Assembly: GCA_002633005.1 (NCBI GenBank)
Contig: NMRA01000141.1
Location: forward strand, 62,001-126,000
Length of the DNA: 64,000 nucleotides
Reading direction: 5' to 3'
Origin: Phoronis australis
Lineage: Eukaryota > Animalia > Phoronida
Shown: in pieces, positions 1 to 12,240 of the stretch
Layout: each line of letters starts with the position of its first letter
Position numbering within the stretch: position 1 is the first letter of the stretch
Notes under the pieces: generated by a model
What the model was told of the DNA's origin: nothing
Database searches by the model: none
Seen by the model: only the letters and a program-made list of their open reading frames with translations
Made by a program: the position numbers and the translations under genes

Positions 1-709
1 CTCACAAACCGCAGGCGGCATGCTGGAAAACGCGTGAAAAAGGCTTTCTACTGCAAAAAAGAAATGAGTGATCTATCAAATCAGTAGTTGGTTAGCTTTT
101 CATAGACGCAGTCAAGTTGATTCGCGCACCATGATGCAAAATCACTCGAGCAAAAGACGAGAGTGTCGCGAGTATTGTTCTCGAGAGCCTTACAAGAAAG
201 TGAGGGTAGTTGAAATGGTTGATCTGTGAGGTTTGGTTGTTGAATTAGGTTTCTCCTTAAGCAGTTTCGAAAATTTACTATTCCTAATTTTCATAATTGA
301 CGAGTTACCGAAGGCGATTTTGTTTTGAACTATGGATATTTGTTAACACAGAGCTAAGATTCCTACTGTTGTACCAACAATCTACGAATACATTTGTTCC
401 TTTTATTTTTATTGGCTCCACAAAAGTTGTAATTTCGCATTCTTACCCTTATTACATGAAGCGTTTTAATTTCTTTACTTCTTTGGTTCAATAATTTTTG
501 TTTTCATGATGATGACTTCAGCGGTTTCAACGGGTCAACTGGCTAAAATATCTGGTTGGCTCTGTTCTCAATGACTACTCCTGGCTCCCAGATCAGTCAG
601 CTGTCGTAGCTGCTTAATCCCGCGTAGTCAACCAAATGCAGCCAACGAAATGTTGTCTTAATCACCTTGATCGACTCAAAACTGGTGTCATCTTCAACAT
701 CTCTTGTAG

Positions 710-950
710 AATTTATAGGAAATGGCACTACTGCGTATCAAGGTAGTAATTCTCGTGACACTGGAACCACGGAACAAAGACGTTTCACAGAGTCGAGCAT
801 TCAACCGGAAAGTAGCGTTGGCACTGAAACCACGACACAAGTTCCAAATATGGAGCGTCCAGCTGATGAACAGTCCGTCGTCATTGGCGTGTCCGTGGCC
901 GCAGTGGTCGCTTTTCTCCTGATTATCGTATTTGCCGTGACAATGAGACG
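710..950 (+). CDS. Internal exon of a single-pass membrane protein: Ser/Thr-rich stalk plus transmembrane helix (upstream exons lie outside the window)
   Basis: Acceptor ctcttgtag at 709 and donor gtaagt at 951. Encodes EFIGNGTT...TETTTQVPNMERPADEQS, then hydrophobic VVIGVSVAAVVAFLLIIVFAVTM and stop-transfer RR. Confidence 0.85.
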
Positions 951-1305
951 GTAAGTTACTTTACCTGACAACTCTAAAGTTCCTGCACTTTTAAGTCTGT
1001 TACGAAACGCACCCAATGTTTGCCAGCAGAATCACCCGCGTCCCAGCTGGTTTGAGGCGACAACATTAAACTGTCTTAGTATAGTGTAGCACAGGCACAT
1101 TTTGACACTGACTTTTCCTGGAACAAAAAACCAGTAATGATGATGTCAAGAAAGGCTCGTTATTGTTTATGATTGTTAACATATGTCGCTAAAGCGGCTA
1201 AAATCCGTTTTCCGTCACAAAAAACTTTCGATTTAGACTACCCGGTACTGAACATTATGAAATTGGTTTCAAATTGGTCTCAAATTGTCAAATAAGAGTT
1301 AAATT

Positions 1306-1430
1306 CTGTGCTCGGAAAGAACTGACACTTCACTGTTCATTGAGACCAGGCTTTGCACGTTGGCTTGTCACAGCGTGTCCCTGATCATGATCTCGGAGAA
1401 TAACGACCTGTCAGTTCTTTACAAGCACAA
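1306..1430. repeat. Small inverted-repeat (MITE-like) element in the intron
   Basis: tgtgctcggaaagaactgaca (~1307) is the imperfect reverse complement of tgtcagttctttacaagcaca (~1409). Confidence 0.4.
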
Positions 1431-2114
1431 GCACAAGACAAAAACCCATTTCTCATCTAAGTAAGTACATAGTCGAGACTAATTTTGTATTTGGTTTCTT
1501 CGACCGAACGTTAGTTTGTAGCCACTATAAGTATAAAGCTAATAAGCGTTTCTCCTTTTCTGCACAGTTCACTTCCGGTCATCACGTATGCCAAGAGAGT
1601 GGTAATCTTTCTGAAATAACCTTAGATTCAAATGAATACATCACATAGACGTAAAATGAAAAATAACGTACTTACACGTCTATAATCAATGGGAATGTAC
1701 TCATAACTGTGTCATTCCAAAGATACATTCAGATGCCCGGTGCGCTTCATCAGGAGTCCCCGGTAAACAAACGCTTCCCCCAGCATTTGAAAATCTTTGG
1801 CAGACTTGGTATAGCATTTGTGAGGGGACACTGCATGGATATTGATATCGTCTATCACTTAATGTGTGTTTCTGGTTTTGTATTCAGGTCTTTATTAAGC
1901 AGTTAATATCTCATTGTATTTTGGGTCATTTTAGAGTAGATGCGTGTCTTTACTCCATGGGATTTGAACGGGGAAATGACGTGAAGCTTTGTTCCGATAA
2001 ACTGTTGGCACAACGTATGTGGCAAGTCGTCCACCAAAATTTATGTTAATAGTTACTTGTAGGTTCACTAAACGTGCAATTTAATTTTGATTATTATCTA
2101 CTTACTATTTTTAG

Positions 2115-2262
2115 GACATTTAAGAAGGCCGTGTGCATAAGTCCTGTCGACGAAGTGGTTGGTCGCGAGTGTGAAATGTCGATTCGTAAAATCGCATATA
2201 CTGAGGATGTCGACGCTGGGAGATACACTCCCATATCTTCGAAAACCACATTCACGTATTAA
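2115..2262 (+). CDS. Probable terminal exon of the membrane protein (cytoplasmic tail of about 48 aa)
   Basis: Acceptor ctatttttag at 2114. Phase-2 join to the exon ending at 950 (CG+G) reads R-TFKKAVCISPVDEVVGRECEMSIRKIAYTEDVDAGRYTPISSKTTFTY-stop. Confidence 0.65.
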
Positions 2263-3460
2263 GACACTTAGGGAGATGCCCGACTTTTCATTCTCGAAGT
2301 CTGAGGATGACGTTGGTGTCTGATCTAATTACTAATGCTTTGTTCTTGCTGATGGCAGCACAAATTCGTACGTAGCGATGTGAGATTAAGGGTCTGCATT
2401 CTAAACAGATGAAAATCACTTGTGTGTCAAAAACACAGTCAAATATAGCAAACAATATTATGCACGACGAAAGTCTTCACCAAATCCTGACTTCTTTACT
2501 ACAACATAATGAGCTTTTGCCACTAAGAGCGTTTTGTGGCGGCATCTACAGAACTGATTGACGGTTTTCAGTGAAACTTCACACAATTCCAATGCGCCAG
2601 CTCCAGACTATTTTTGGCATATTTGACTATTGCAGCACCCCCTGGAGGCCATTACATTTTGTAGATGATGTCAGTTACCAGTTTTGAGTAGAAAGTGGAA
2701 AGAGCTGCCTCCCCCATTAAATCTTTTTGCTTCTATCTTTGTATCTGCCAAATCACATGATTCTTCGTTATGGGAACGTACACACCTGCCAATTTTTGGA
2801 TGCCAAGTGCTGTGTTGCTTTGTGCCATTTTCATTAATTTATAAGAAGTGTTGAAATTTGCACATTTTAATGTTTTTATGTTTGATGTTAGTGTGTGTTG
2901 CAGCTATCTCTTGTAATCAGATTGTGTTCTCTTTGCACATTAAATGAAGCTTATAAGCACCCCATACGTTTAGCGTTGTTCTTGTTTTTGAAAATGTCTG
3001 GTGTTTTTTTTTTTTGTTTTTTTTTTTGAAATAATTATAGAGGTAATAGAGAGCTCATAAGTGACAGTTTCACAAGAAATGCAGTTCAACAAGAGGAAAA
3101 CCACATTTCTAGGCCTCTTACGTAGAGTTCTCGTCGATTTCGAAAACTGAGCTTTTGACTCTGTATCATAGAAATCTATAAAACTTATTCTTTTCAATTA
3201 TCTGACTGTTGATTTGCACCACTTATAAAACAAGGGTGCAAAGTTTTGAGTTGTGATCGGATGTTTCAGGCTCGGTCGTGAGATAAGTTAAGGAGAAAAT
3301 CTTTTACTTTTATTGCTACTCTGAATCTATCCGCGGAAATCACGATTGGTATATACAAGACGAGTGCTTTCATAAATCAGCGCGCTGAAATTATATTAGT
3401 GCGAATTATTAGTCTTTAAATACGCCATAATGCTGGGAACATCACGTGACCTATTGTTAA

Positions 3461-3550
3461 GTGTGAAAAAGTTTCTTCCCGGACCGCGGCTCAAACCCAG
3501 CGGGACTTTCTGCTGACTGCAGACGCTCTAGTCCTCTGAGGTAACGGAAC
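3461..3550 (-). mobile_element. tRNA-derived SINE head (degenerate)
   Basis: Minus strand reads gttccgttacctcagaggactagagcgtctgc...gggtttgagccgcggtccggg, with A-box-like and B-box-like pol III motifs at tRNA spacing but no intact cloverleaf. Confidence 0.45.
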
Positions 3551-5214
3551 CACAGGTCGATTACAGAAATTCAAACACTTAACACGTATATAATTATGTT
3601 GTTATAAATATGCGCGTTGAAATCGCATAAGTAATGCATGTGCCGTGTAGGAAGACTAATCAATAGTTCTCATTTACAAGATTGATATGATTAGATAAAA
3701 TAAAAATTGAATCAATCGAATGTTCTCTGAATCCCACGAATTAATTTCGTGGTGGAAATTTAAACGTGAAGAACTCGTAAGCCTATGTAAATTGGTTGTA
3801 GGAGATTTTCAAATGAACAAAAAATATCAAAGAAGTGGGCTCTCGTGGTCAAAATCTCAATTTTCTTGGCTTCAATTTAAAATTTTGAACGAAGAACTGA
3901 TGTTAATTAGGAGAGAGTTTTTAACATGGGCGATAGGATATTTAACTCCTCTAAATATTACAGTCATTAATCTTGACTTAGAGTTGTTTTTACTTCCACA
4001 AGGAACATATAATCTTATGGCTCGATGCTTAGTATACATGAAACCCCAACCCGCCGAATGAGAAAATTCCTATCTAGCCAAAAACAAGATGAACTCGTCA
4101 AGAAAAGTAAACACTACCTCGACACCCAAAAATCTCCGGCGACTTTTTTCAGTCACAACGAAGACCACTTTCCTGTTCAGCTCTTAACCTAGCAGGCGAC
4201 CAGGAAACATTCTTTATTGGCTGTCACTCCTGAAGCTACAACTCGTGGTCAAGGCAACCAAATGAAATCCTAGATCTCACTGACGTTCATCCAATCCAGT
4301 CCAGAACGCGTTTTTTTTGCAATGTCGTGGTAAAATGACCAGATCAGCTGACTGGCATTGACTTTTCCAAAGGTACATGTAGCTGCAAAACGATTGACCT
4401 TCAATACACCTTTATTACTGGGTTGAGGGATTGCAAGTTTTCGTTCAGAAAGTCGGGAGGGTCAAATGATGAGACAAAGACAACAGAAAGATAGAGTCAC
4501 TTACTGTATTAGAATGAAGTTTGTGTTAGTTATGAGACCAATTCTATAATAGTAAAAAACAACGGCTAATTACATTACGAGAACTAAAGTTCGTTTAACC
4601 TTGTGAAATAGTTGCACTGTACGAAATTCAAAATAAATCTTGGCACCTTTTACTTTCTGGAAAATTACCGTCAACGTTGGGTCCACATCCGGTCCCCTAC
4701 ACTCTCTTTCTATAACAAATAATTTGTGCACCGGTGATGTTGGTGCAGATTATGTCCGCGCCAATCAGTTTCCCGGTCGTGTGTACAATTTTGGTATGTC
4801 GTGGTAGCCAGATATTGCAATCGGTAGGTTGCAGAATTGTGCTTAGACTGGTTCTTCAAGCTTCCCCTCTCCCTTCCGGTCACGCGGTCACCACCAATTT
4901 TCCACTAGTTCCCGGTTGTCAGTCGTTGACGTCGCAGATTCTTCACACTAGGTTAGATTCAAAATTTCCCACTGAAACCTTCAACTGCCCATTAGCAGTT
5001 CCTTGAGCGGACCTGCCTATGGCAGGTGCGTTCCCGCCATGTGTCGGTGCAAAGACGCAAGTGCGATAAGTGCAAAATGATAGCAGTTACTTAAGATTCA
5101 TATATATCTTTCTCGTTATAGATAAATAATCTTCCGTTGAGATATATAACAACCCATGCCCCAAGATATCCTAGTTGTCGCCTTGTCGTAGAACCGGACA
5201 TATATTTGTAGATC

Positions 5215-5489
5215 ATGAACAAGTTAGGGCGAGAGCTGTTATACGCATGCACTTTTTTGGCTACATGCATGTGGTGTGCACGGGGCCAACTAATTAAAGG
5301 ATGTCCCATGTATGGGTGCAAATCATCCGGATCTTTCTCTTTTGTTCTTCCCAATGTTCCTATGAATAACGTCGGTGTTGTCTGGACCAGAAAACATGTA
5401 TCCACGATGCTCCCAGATGGCGTCTCGGATTTGGGCTGCGTTGGTAATGAATTCAACGTTATCTGTAATGCGCATACAGGAACATCTAA
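5215..5489 (+). CDS. Gene B exon 1: secreted uncharacterised protein (signal peptide plus Cys-containing N-terminus)
   Basis: MNKLGRELLYACTFLATCMWCARG/QLIKGCPMYGCKSSG has a signal-peptide-like N-terminus. Donor gtaagt at 5490, phase 2. Confidence 0.85.
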
Positions 5490-5828
5490 GTAAGTACGCC
5501 AAGGTGCCAAAATGTGGACGCTACGTCGCTGACTCGGTAAATGTTTTGAATTCTTCAACTGTACCCATGTCGAATGAACACTATACTAAGCATATGTGAC
5601 GTTATTGGCGAGAAAAGTTTTTCTTTGAAATAAGCCGGGAACCTTTACATTCGCTGTCAAACACAATGCTAACTAGCTAAGCCCATCTCGACAAATGACG
5701 GAGTGTTTTAATAGTAGTTAACAGGTAGTCACCGACCTCGATTTCAGCCAATGTCTGGCAGACAACGGTGAAAGTGTATTTGTTACAAAATAACAAAACA
5801 TAACGGATTGTGTTCAGCTGTTTGTAAN

Positions 5829-6353
5829 GTCCCATGTATGGGTGCAAATCATCCGGATCTTTCTCTTTTGTTCTTCCCAATGTTCCTATGAATAACGTCG
5901 GTGTTGTCTGGACCAGAAAACATGTATCCACGATGCTCCCAGATGGCGTCTCGGATTTGGGCTGCGTTGGCAATGAATTCAACGTCATCTGTAATGCGCA
6001 TACAGGAACATCTAAGTAAGTACGCCAAGGTGCCAAAATGTGGACGCTACGTCGCTGACTCGGTAAATGTTCAACTGTACCCATGTCAAATGAACACTAT
6101 ACTAAGCATTTGGCAGTTTCTTTAAAGTGACGTTATTGGCGAGAAAAGTTCTTTGAAATAAGCCGGGAACCTTTACATTCGCTGTCAAACACAATGCTAA
6201 CTAGCTAAGCCCATCTCGACAAATGACTGAGTGTTTTGATAGTAGTTAACAGGTACAGTCACCGACTTCGATTTCAGCCAATGTCTGGCAGACAACGGTG
6301 AAAGTGTATTTGTTTCAAAATAGCAAAACATAACGGATTGTGTTAAGTTGTTT
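5829..6353 (+). repeat. Near-identical duplicate of 5303-5827 next to the N at 5828 (probable uncollapsed haplotype)
   Basis: The copy starts right after the single N, differs only by SNPs and small indels, and lacks the ATG and signal peptide. Confidence 0.85.
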
Positions 6354-6448
6354 GAACTCTGGTCACAACTAATACCTTCCTGAAGTCTATCCCATCCAGC
6401 AACAATCCCGAAAATGCGTTTTTCGGCTTTAAAAACAATAATATCCCT
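6126..6448. mobile_element. Kolobok-like MITE, family A
   Basis: ttaa|agtgacgttat...aatatccct|ctaa. Shares aatgtctggcagacaacgg and other blocks with 9348-9691 and 29314-29571. Confidence 0.6.
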
Positions 6449-7237
6449 CTAACGACTCCTCGATAAGAAGACAATGAAGAGCATCTGAAGCATTTTGCAT
6501 TTGACAGTGGTGGTTAAGCTTGCGATTATGCAAACTTGAAAGGCGAAAAGAGTCGATTGCAAAAACATGTTGGTAATAACAATTTATCAACTAAGTGCAG
6601 TTTGAGAATGGATTGAGTAACGGATGCTAGTAGAGCTGTGGTATGATTACTGGTCCATAGTCTAAGAGGTTGCGATAATATTTAGAATGTGTGATAAGTG
6701 CACCTCAAATGTCGCACTGTTTATATAGTCTATCCAAATGTTTTTCATCATCTCTGTTTGGGTCTACTTGCTGCACAGGTTACGGGGATCTTATCGACGA
6801 GTCCTTGCATTTAAGTAAAATGCCTTTAAAGCTATAGAATTTAACTCAGTAAAAGTGTATAATTTCTGAAAGACGAAAGCCAAGAGAATGTTGTATTTCA
6901 TTTGATTGGGTCATGTAACCGTGTGCGTTTCGAAACATTGAGCGCATTCTTAGCAGCAACGGCGGTTCGATGCAAAAACGATTTTCCTTTTAATGCAAAT
7001 GCTCATGGTGAAATCTTATAATCGCTGTTAAAGGTCTTGTAATGTGTCTTATGTTTTCATTTGTGCAACTTTTTGATATTATGTATGTAAATTCTCCAAA
7101 GTCCTAATTTTTGATAGAATCTCATACAAAAGTGGATTTTTAATAATCAATTCTGGCATCGTTTTCGAGAGCATTGTGTAAAAAACATTATATGAAAGTA
7201 TAACTTTTTCTGACCAGCCGCTTCTGAGATATTATGA

Positions 7238-7403
7238 TTTGAACGATGTTCCAGAGTGAACCAAATTTTAATGACGTTGAGAAATTAACCAAACTTTGAA
7301 CGATGTTCCGAAATGAAACAAATCTGAATGAGCTTCCAAAGTTAATCAGATTTGAATGATGTTCGGAGATAAAAATGCACGGTGTTCCAATTTAACCAAA
7401 TTC
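7238..7403. repeat. Degenerate ~28-bp minisatellite, about 6 units
   Basis: Units such as tttgaacgatgttccagagtgaaccaaa and tttgaacgatgttccgaaatgaaacaaa alternate with ttttaatgacgttgagaaattaaccaaa-type units. Confidence 0.6.
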
Positions 7404-7971
7404 GGACATTTTTTCATGAGTCTCTCATAACCTTAATGATCGTTATCGTAATCTATTTCACCTGGGTTATGCGATGAGCTACGCTGCATAGTCAAACAAG
7501 AGGTTTGTGGTCGAAAAGTGTTATTTATTATGGCATACTATACACACAAAAACATAAATAGAAACACAGACTCTGCAAGATGGTCATAAAAAGAAACGTC
7601 ATTAGGCATGTTAAAAAATATCCCTGACTAGAATGACATACTTTAAAATAGAAAAAAAACGAAAGACTGGATTGACAGATGAAAACAAAAGCTAACATGA
7701 CAAACTTCGGAATGAGCAAAAACATTGTCTTATAGGCCTATGAAAAAGATGAAAGAAAAAATATATTGTAGAAAAGCACGTTCTGAGTCGAGTAGTGCAG
7801 ATGACTAACGGCTGTTATCTTTAAAAACTTACCAATATTCGGATTTTTGAAAAATGCCCGAGTCGGTTGGTGCATGTATATTTTGGGTCTGGTTTGCAAT
7901 ATTGGGAATATCTATATATCTATCCTCTGCCGACCTTTCCAACGTTTTATTCAGATCCTCTTGCTCTTCAG

Positions 7972-8169
7972 TGGTTACATCGCTGTTGACCCCGTTGACG
8001 GCTCCATCTCGTGGACCGACAAACAACTCCACGACCCAGCGCTTCCACTGATGACGCAGTTCGGTGACATCATAGCTACCGACGGAAAAGCTTTGGTGTA
8101 CTATTACTCGAATGGATCGTCGAATGGCGATCCTATAACGTTCATGTATGATTTTACCCCGGTTTACAG
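7972..8169 (+). CDS. Gene B exon 2
   Basis: Acceptor ctcttcag and donor gtaagg, phase 2/2. Encodes GYIAVDPVDGSISWTDKQLHDPALPLMTQFGDIIATDGKALVYY, where A-x-D-xx-G-xx-W resembles a PQQ/BamB-type propeller blade. Confidence 0.85.
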
Positions 8170-9147
8170 GTAAGGAAAAACTATCGCCTTCAAAGAGAAA
8201 GTTAACATTTTATTGCCGTTTCATTAAGCAATAATTGCAAGTTAGTCTTTCTATGAGGAATCTTTGCTAAAGAATAACTCATCTTGTTAAATTAAATTTT
8301 GGTTATAAATGATGATTTTGGTACACCCTATTATATTTTCAAGAAGAAATTTAAAAAATGATATTTTTGCTATACCATCTCTGGTCAGTTTAGTAAAAGC
8401 CCTTTTGAAAAATTGTCATACGGTGTTACAGTGGACAGAAATTCAATTACTACATGGTGATTCATAGATATAAATAACTAAATAAATTCCACAGTCAGCC
8501 CCCCCCCCATTGCTTGATTGGTAAAAGTTCGCTATTATATCACTCGGACGCAGGGTGACAACCAGTTGATATTCGCACGAGTCTGCTGATGATTCTAAGA
8601 TTGAGAACCGGCAGGCGACGACAGTGCATCGAATTTTGATGCCGACGCTTCCGATAATATCCAGATCCGATCTCCCGACTACCGGCTGACATGACGCTTG
8701 TCGATCGGAAAGATCGTCATTGTTTTACATGACATTTACAAATTAAGAATAATATGAGATCCATGTCGCAACCATAAGTTGCCTAACTTTACGAGAATTA
8801 GAATATGCCCATTTAGTTTTCTGAGTTTTAAACAAAAAGCGAGCGGTGTTTATTGGTTGCTAGAAGTGTTCATACGCAAGACCAATGAGTTTTATACATA
8901 GTTATATTTATCTCATTGAGAAAGACTGGCTACACACAGAGGGGATTTTTAACTTTCGAATGACTGCAAATAAATACAATCAAGAAAGCGTTGATCAGCG
9001 GACATTCGTATTTCACTGAAAACGTTCCTATGCTGTATCATTCGAGGTTATAGACAATCTAAACCGATGAGAATGTGCCTTTTTACGGCTGCGCTCGCTT
9101 CCTGTTGAGTGCGTACGCATTTGTATTTCTAAATGTTGATCTTCCAG

Positions 9148-9221
9148 CTTAACCCTGAGTAGTAACTATCGTTTCTTCATCCACTCTGCTTCCGAAGGTA
9201 TCTTCTTAACTTATGGACTCG
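9148..9221 (+). CDS. Gene B exon 3 (74 nt, not in the ORF track)
   Basis: Acceptor cttccag and donor gtaagt. Phase 2 in and phase 1 out exactly bridge exons 2 and 4. Reads SLTLSSNYRFFIHSASEGIFLTYGL. Confidence 0.8.
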
Positions 9222-9347
9222 GTAAGTAACATTTCAAGATAAAGAACGCAATAGTAAGCGCATTGATAGTCGACGTGTGTTAACACGGGCGCTCCTTGTT
9301 TTCGGTCTTTTTAGATTCGTTATTGCTCAAATATGTCTTTGTTTTTA

Positions 9348-9691
9348 AGGGACATTATCGACGAGAAAAGAGATTTTTTGAGATTCTTCTCAGCGCCGAA
9401 TAGAGGCTGGGACTCTAGCGATCGCAGTCAAATGATCTGCTGATGAAGTTAAATCCCACTGGATAACCGGCAGATTGTTTTAAGCGTGTTAATCCGGTTA
9501 ATTCACCGGTCTTGATTTCTGTGAATGTCTGGCAGACAACGGCGAGAAAAGCAATTTGCAGTGAAATTACAAAAACACAACGGATTTTGTTGTTTTATAG
9601 CTGTGGTTAAAGCTAATAACTTCAAGAAGTCTTTATCATCCAAGAATGATCTGAACATACGTTTTTCGACCGTAAAACCGATAATTTCCGT
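9348..9691. mobile_element. Kolobok-like MITE, family A
   Basis: ttta|agggacattatcg...gataatttccgt|ttaa, with short imperfect TIRs and TTAA-like target sites. Confidence 0.65.
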
Positions 9692-9695
9692 TTAA

Positions 9696-11080
9696 AGGTG
9701 AAGGCAACCTTTTTTCATGTCATTTTTAGCAAAAATAAGGTTCCTTGATTATCCCAGACATATTTTCGCTTATTTACTGCTTTTCGTAATTTAATGAATT
9801 ACTCGTCATCTACTCTGGAAGTGACGTTTTGGGAGGCAAGAATTTCGCGCCAATTTCTTTCCATATAGTCTGACTGTGAGAGCAGTCGAGGCAGTCATTG
9901 TTCTACCTCGGTTGAGATAAGTTCGGTAGTCGTTTGCTTTTGCTTACGAGTCAGTCAACATGCCACGCTGTTGCTACGTACTGGTGTGGACTCATTATCG
10001 TCTCACGTACTGTCCCACTTGCCCGAGTGTCCCGCGACACACTCCCACTAGAGGGTGATCTGAGCACCTTCCAAATAGTTCCAATACAAGTCCACAATAA
10101 ACTCATTAAAGGAGCATGACACCCAAAAAATAACCTAATTTGTATCAATTTAGATCGAGTAGTTCTACTCCATAACGACACGTACGGTTGCGTTACTTGA
10201 CACCTGACGGTAGACGGAGGTGTTGAAATTATCCAATGACGTAATTGGTTTCACACGCAGTCTGTTCAGCAGTTCACAACATGGGTTACTGGTGTCAGCT
10301 TATCGCTTGAATTCATCGTTTAACACCAATAAATCATCAAACTTCGATGTAAAACCCTTAAAAATTCACCGAGTTCTTATAAAAACGTGTTGTTTTATTT
10401 CGCTGTGACGGATTTATTGGTATTTGGACACACCGTAGCCTACAAAGTTCGGCAGGCCAATAAGGTCCGTAGCAGGAGTTTTGGGTCGTTCGGAGATAAA
10501 TTCGAAGTATTTTCCGTGAGATACAGACAGGAGAACCTAGATCTGTGTTGTTTAAACTTGTGATTATTTTAGTTCTAAACAAAAAACGCTTGTTATCCTG
10601 GCCAGTGGCTCGGAGCCCGATCAGGCCCGTCGCGGCCGGCTGGATTGACCCCCGGCGGCCAGTGGCTAGGAAACTGATCAGACATCACGAACATAAACCA
10701 GCCAAAGTTCAGTGGAAACTAAAGTTCCAGTCAAGAAAATACTATNCGCAAGGTACTCAAAGCGCGTGTGGGACGATAATAAGTACATCCCGGCACGCAG
10801 CAACAGCGTGGCATGTTGACTGACTTGTAAACAAAAGCAAACGACGACCGAAGTTATCACAACCGAGGTAGAACAATGACTGACTCGACAGCTCTCACAG
10901 TCAGACTATAATGAAAAGAAATTGGCGCGAAACTCTTGCCTCCCAAAACGTCACTTCCGGAGTAGAGGACGAGAAATTAATGAAATTACGAAAAACTGTA
11001 GTTAATCGAAAAATGTGTCGGGGATAATCAACGAACCTTATTTTTGCTAAAAGGGACATGAAAAAAGGTTGCCTTCGCCT
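9696..11080. mobile_element. TTAA-flanked non-autonomous DNA transposon with ~300-bp TIRs (Kolobok-like foldback)
   Basis: ttaa|aggtgaaggcaaccttttttcatgtc... pairs with ...gacatgaaaaaaggttgccttcgcct|ttaa. 9696-~10010 is the reverse complement of ~10760-11080. Confidence 0.85.
10110..10745 (+). mobile_element. Nested terminal segment of a second Kolobok-like element (same family as 35868)
   Basis: ttaa|aggagcatgacacccaaaaa...tgtatcaatttagatcgagtag is colinear with 35868-36435. It runs into the N at 10746. Confidence 0.75.
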
Positions 11081-11739
11081 TTAAGACAGGCTCCTTGGCT
11101 GGGTTGCATAAAACTTTAAAACGCGTCCAAGTTTTGTTTCACGACGTCACGTGCGTTGTTCAACAATGGCAACTTGTCACGTGATTATGCAAATCCATTG
11201 TTGTTATCCAGCTTTTATGCAGCTGGACCTTGTAGTTCAAGCTAACTTTCCACATGAGGGCCAGAACTATCTAGTAAATAAACACATATGCGTCGATGGA
11301 AAGAAGACCTTCAGGGTTCTCCGGGTACTTTTTGGTTGAAAGGTCCATCTTGCAACGTCGTCTTTGTTTTGGCAGAAGATCACGGTTTTGTCGCCACTGT
11401 GTAGCAGGGCAAAAGGTTCGAACGTGTTTTGCTTTCCACAGTATTCTATCTGGAGTTACGCTGTTTGAAAATAAATGGAACTCTTTACTTCGTCAAAAAT
11501 AAACTTTGGCATTAGAATAAACTTGTCAATCAGTTTGAAGCCGGCTACTGGTGCCCACCAACTCGAACAAAAACTGAATGATACTGAGAGCTTTGACACT
11601 TCTACACTCTTTGTGAAACTGAGTCACAAAGTCATTGTGTGATGAAGTACCGACATCATGTTATTGGTGCAATCGAAACTGAGAATACCTTAATGAATGA
11701 TGTTGAGCTATCATCGTTTCAATAGTTATTCATGACGCC

Positions 11740-12240
11740 GCGTTCTGTCGTTGAGTAACTTTTCCAGATGTGAGGGGTGCTGAACGTGCGATAACATCTG
11801 GCTCTTTTGTTAACTCTCCAGGTCAGTCTTTTGTCCCGTATTATAACAAGCTGGCCAATTATCTCCCAGGCTTCAAAGGAAACTTATGGTGGTTACACGC
11901 TATTACCGAACGCGTATGAACACAATCAAACCCAGTGCGTCCGTTTGGACAGAATAGGTTGTCTTCTGTTGTAGCTGGGCGATTTTGGTGAATCAAAAAC
12001 GGAACATGATCAGCATTTTACGAGGAATTCAGAAATGCTATTGGTTTAAGCTCAAGTATGTTATAACTTAACTTTCACTTTTATTAACCCAGCGCAGTCA
12101 GTCTAGATACAATCTGATCGGAGATTAGAGCAATTATCGAACAAAAGAGCGCAGGCCCTCCAACCATAAATGCCAGAATGGAGTTAATCAGTCGCGTAAG
12201 ATATTGGTTACGGGGGTAAACTTCCCAACGGCTATAGAAT
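11740..12240 (+). repeat. Interspersed repeat with an inverted homolog at 16600-17075
   Basis: cagaaatgctattggttta and agattagagcaattatcgaacaaaagag occur as reverse complements at about 16680-16805. Confidence 0.7.

Noticed and set aside
3461-3550. tRNA gene
   Set aside because: The A and B boxes are degenerate and I could not build a complete cloverleaf, so a SINE head fits better.
5091-6084. Minus-strand ORFs of 155 and 135 aa
   Set aside because: They are antisense shadows of gene B exon 1 and its duplicate.
5303-6353. Apparent tandem duplication of gene B exon 1
   Set aside because: The breakpoint is exactly the single N at 5828 and the copies are near-identical, so a haplotype or assembly overlap is more likely than a real duplication.
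7238-7403. Regularly spaced ~28-bp repeats resembling a CRISPR array
   Set aside because: The units are adjacent with no unique spacers, there are no cas genes, and the context is a eukaryotic intron.
8586-8610. CTGATGA motifs at 8586, 9440 and 25339 as hammerheads
   Set aside because: None has a properly placed stem II followed by GAAA.
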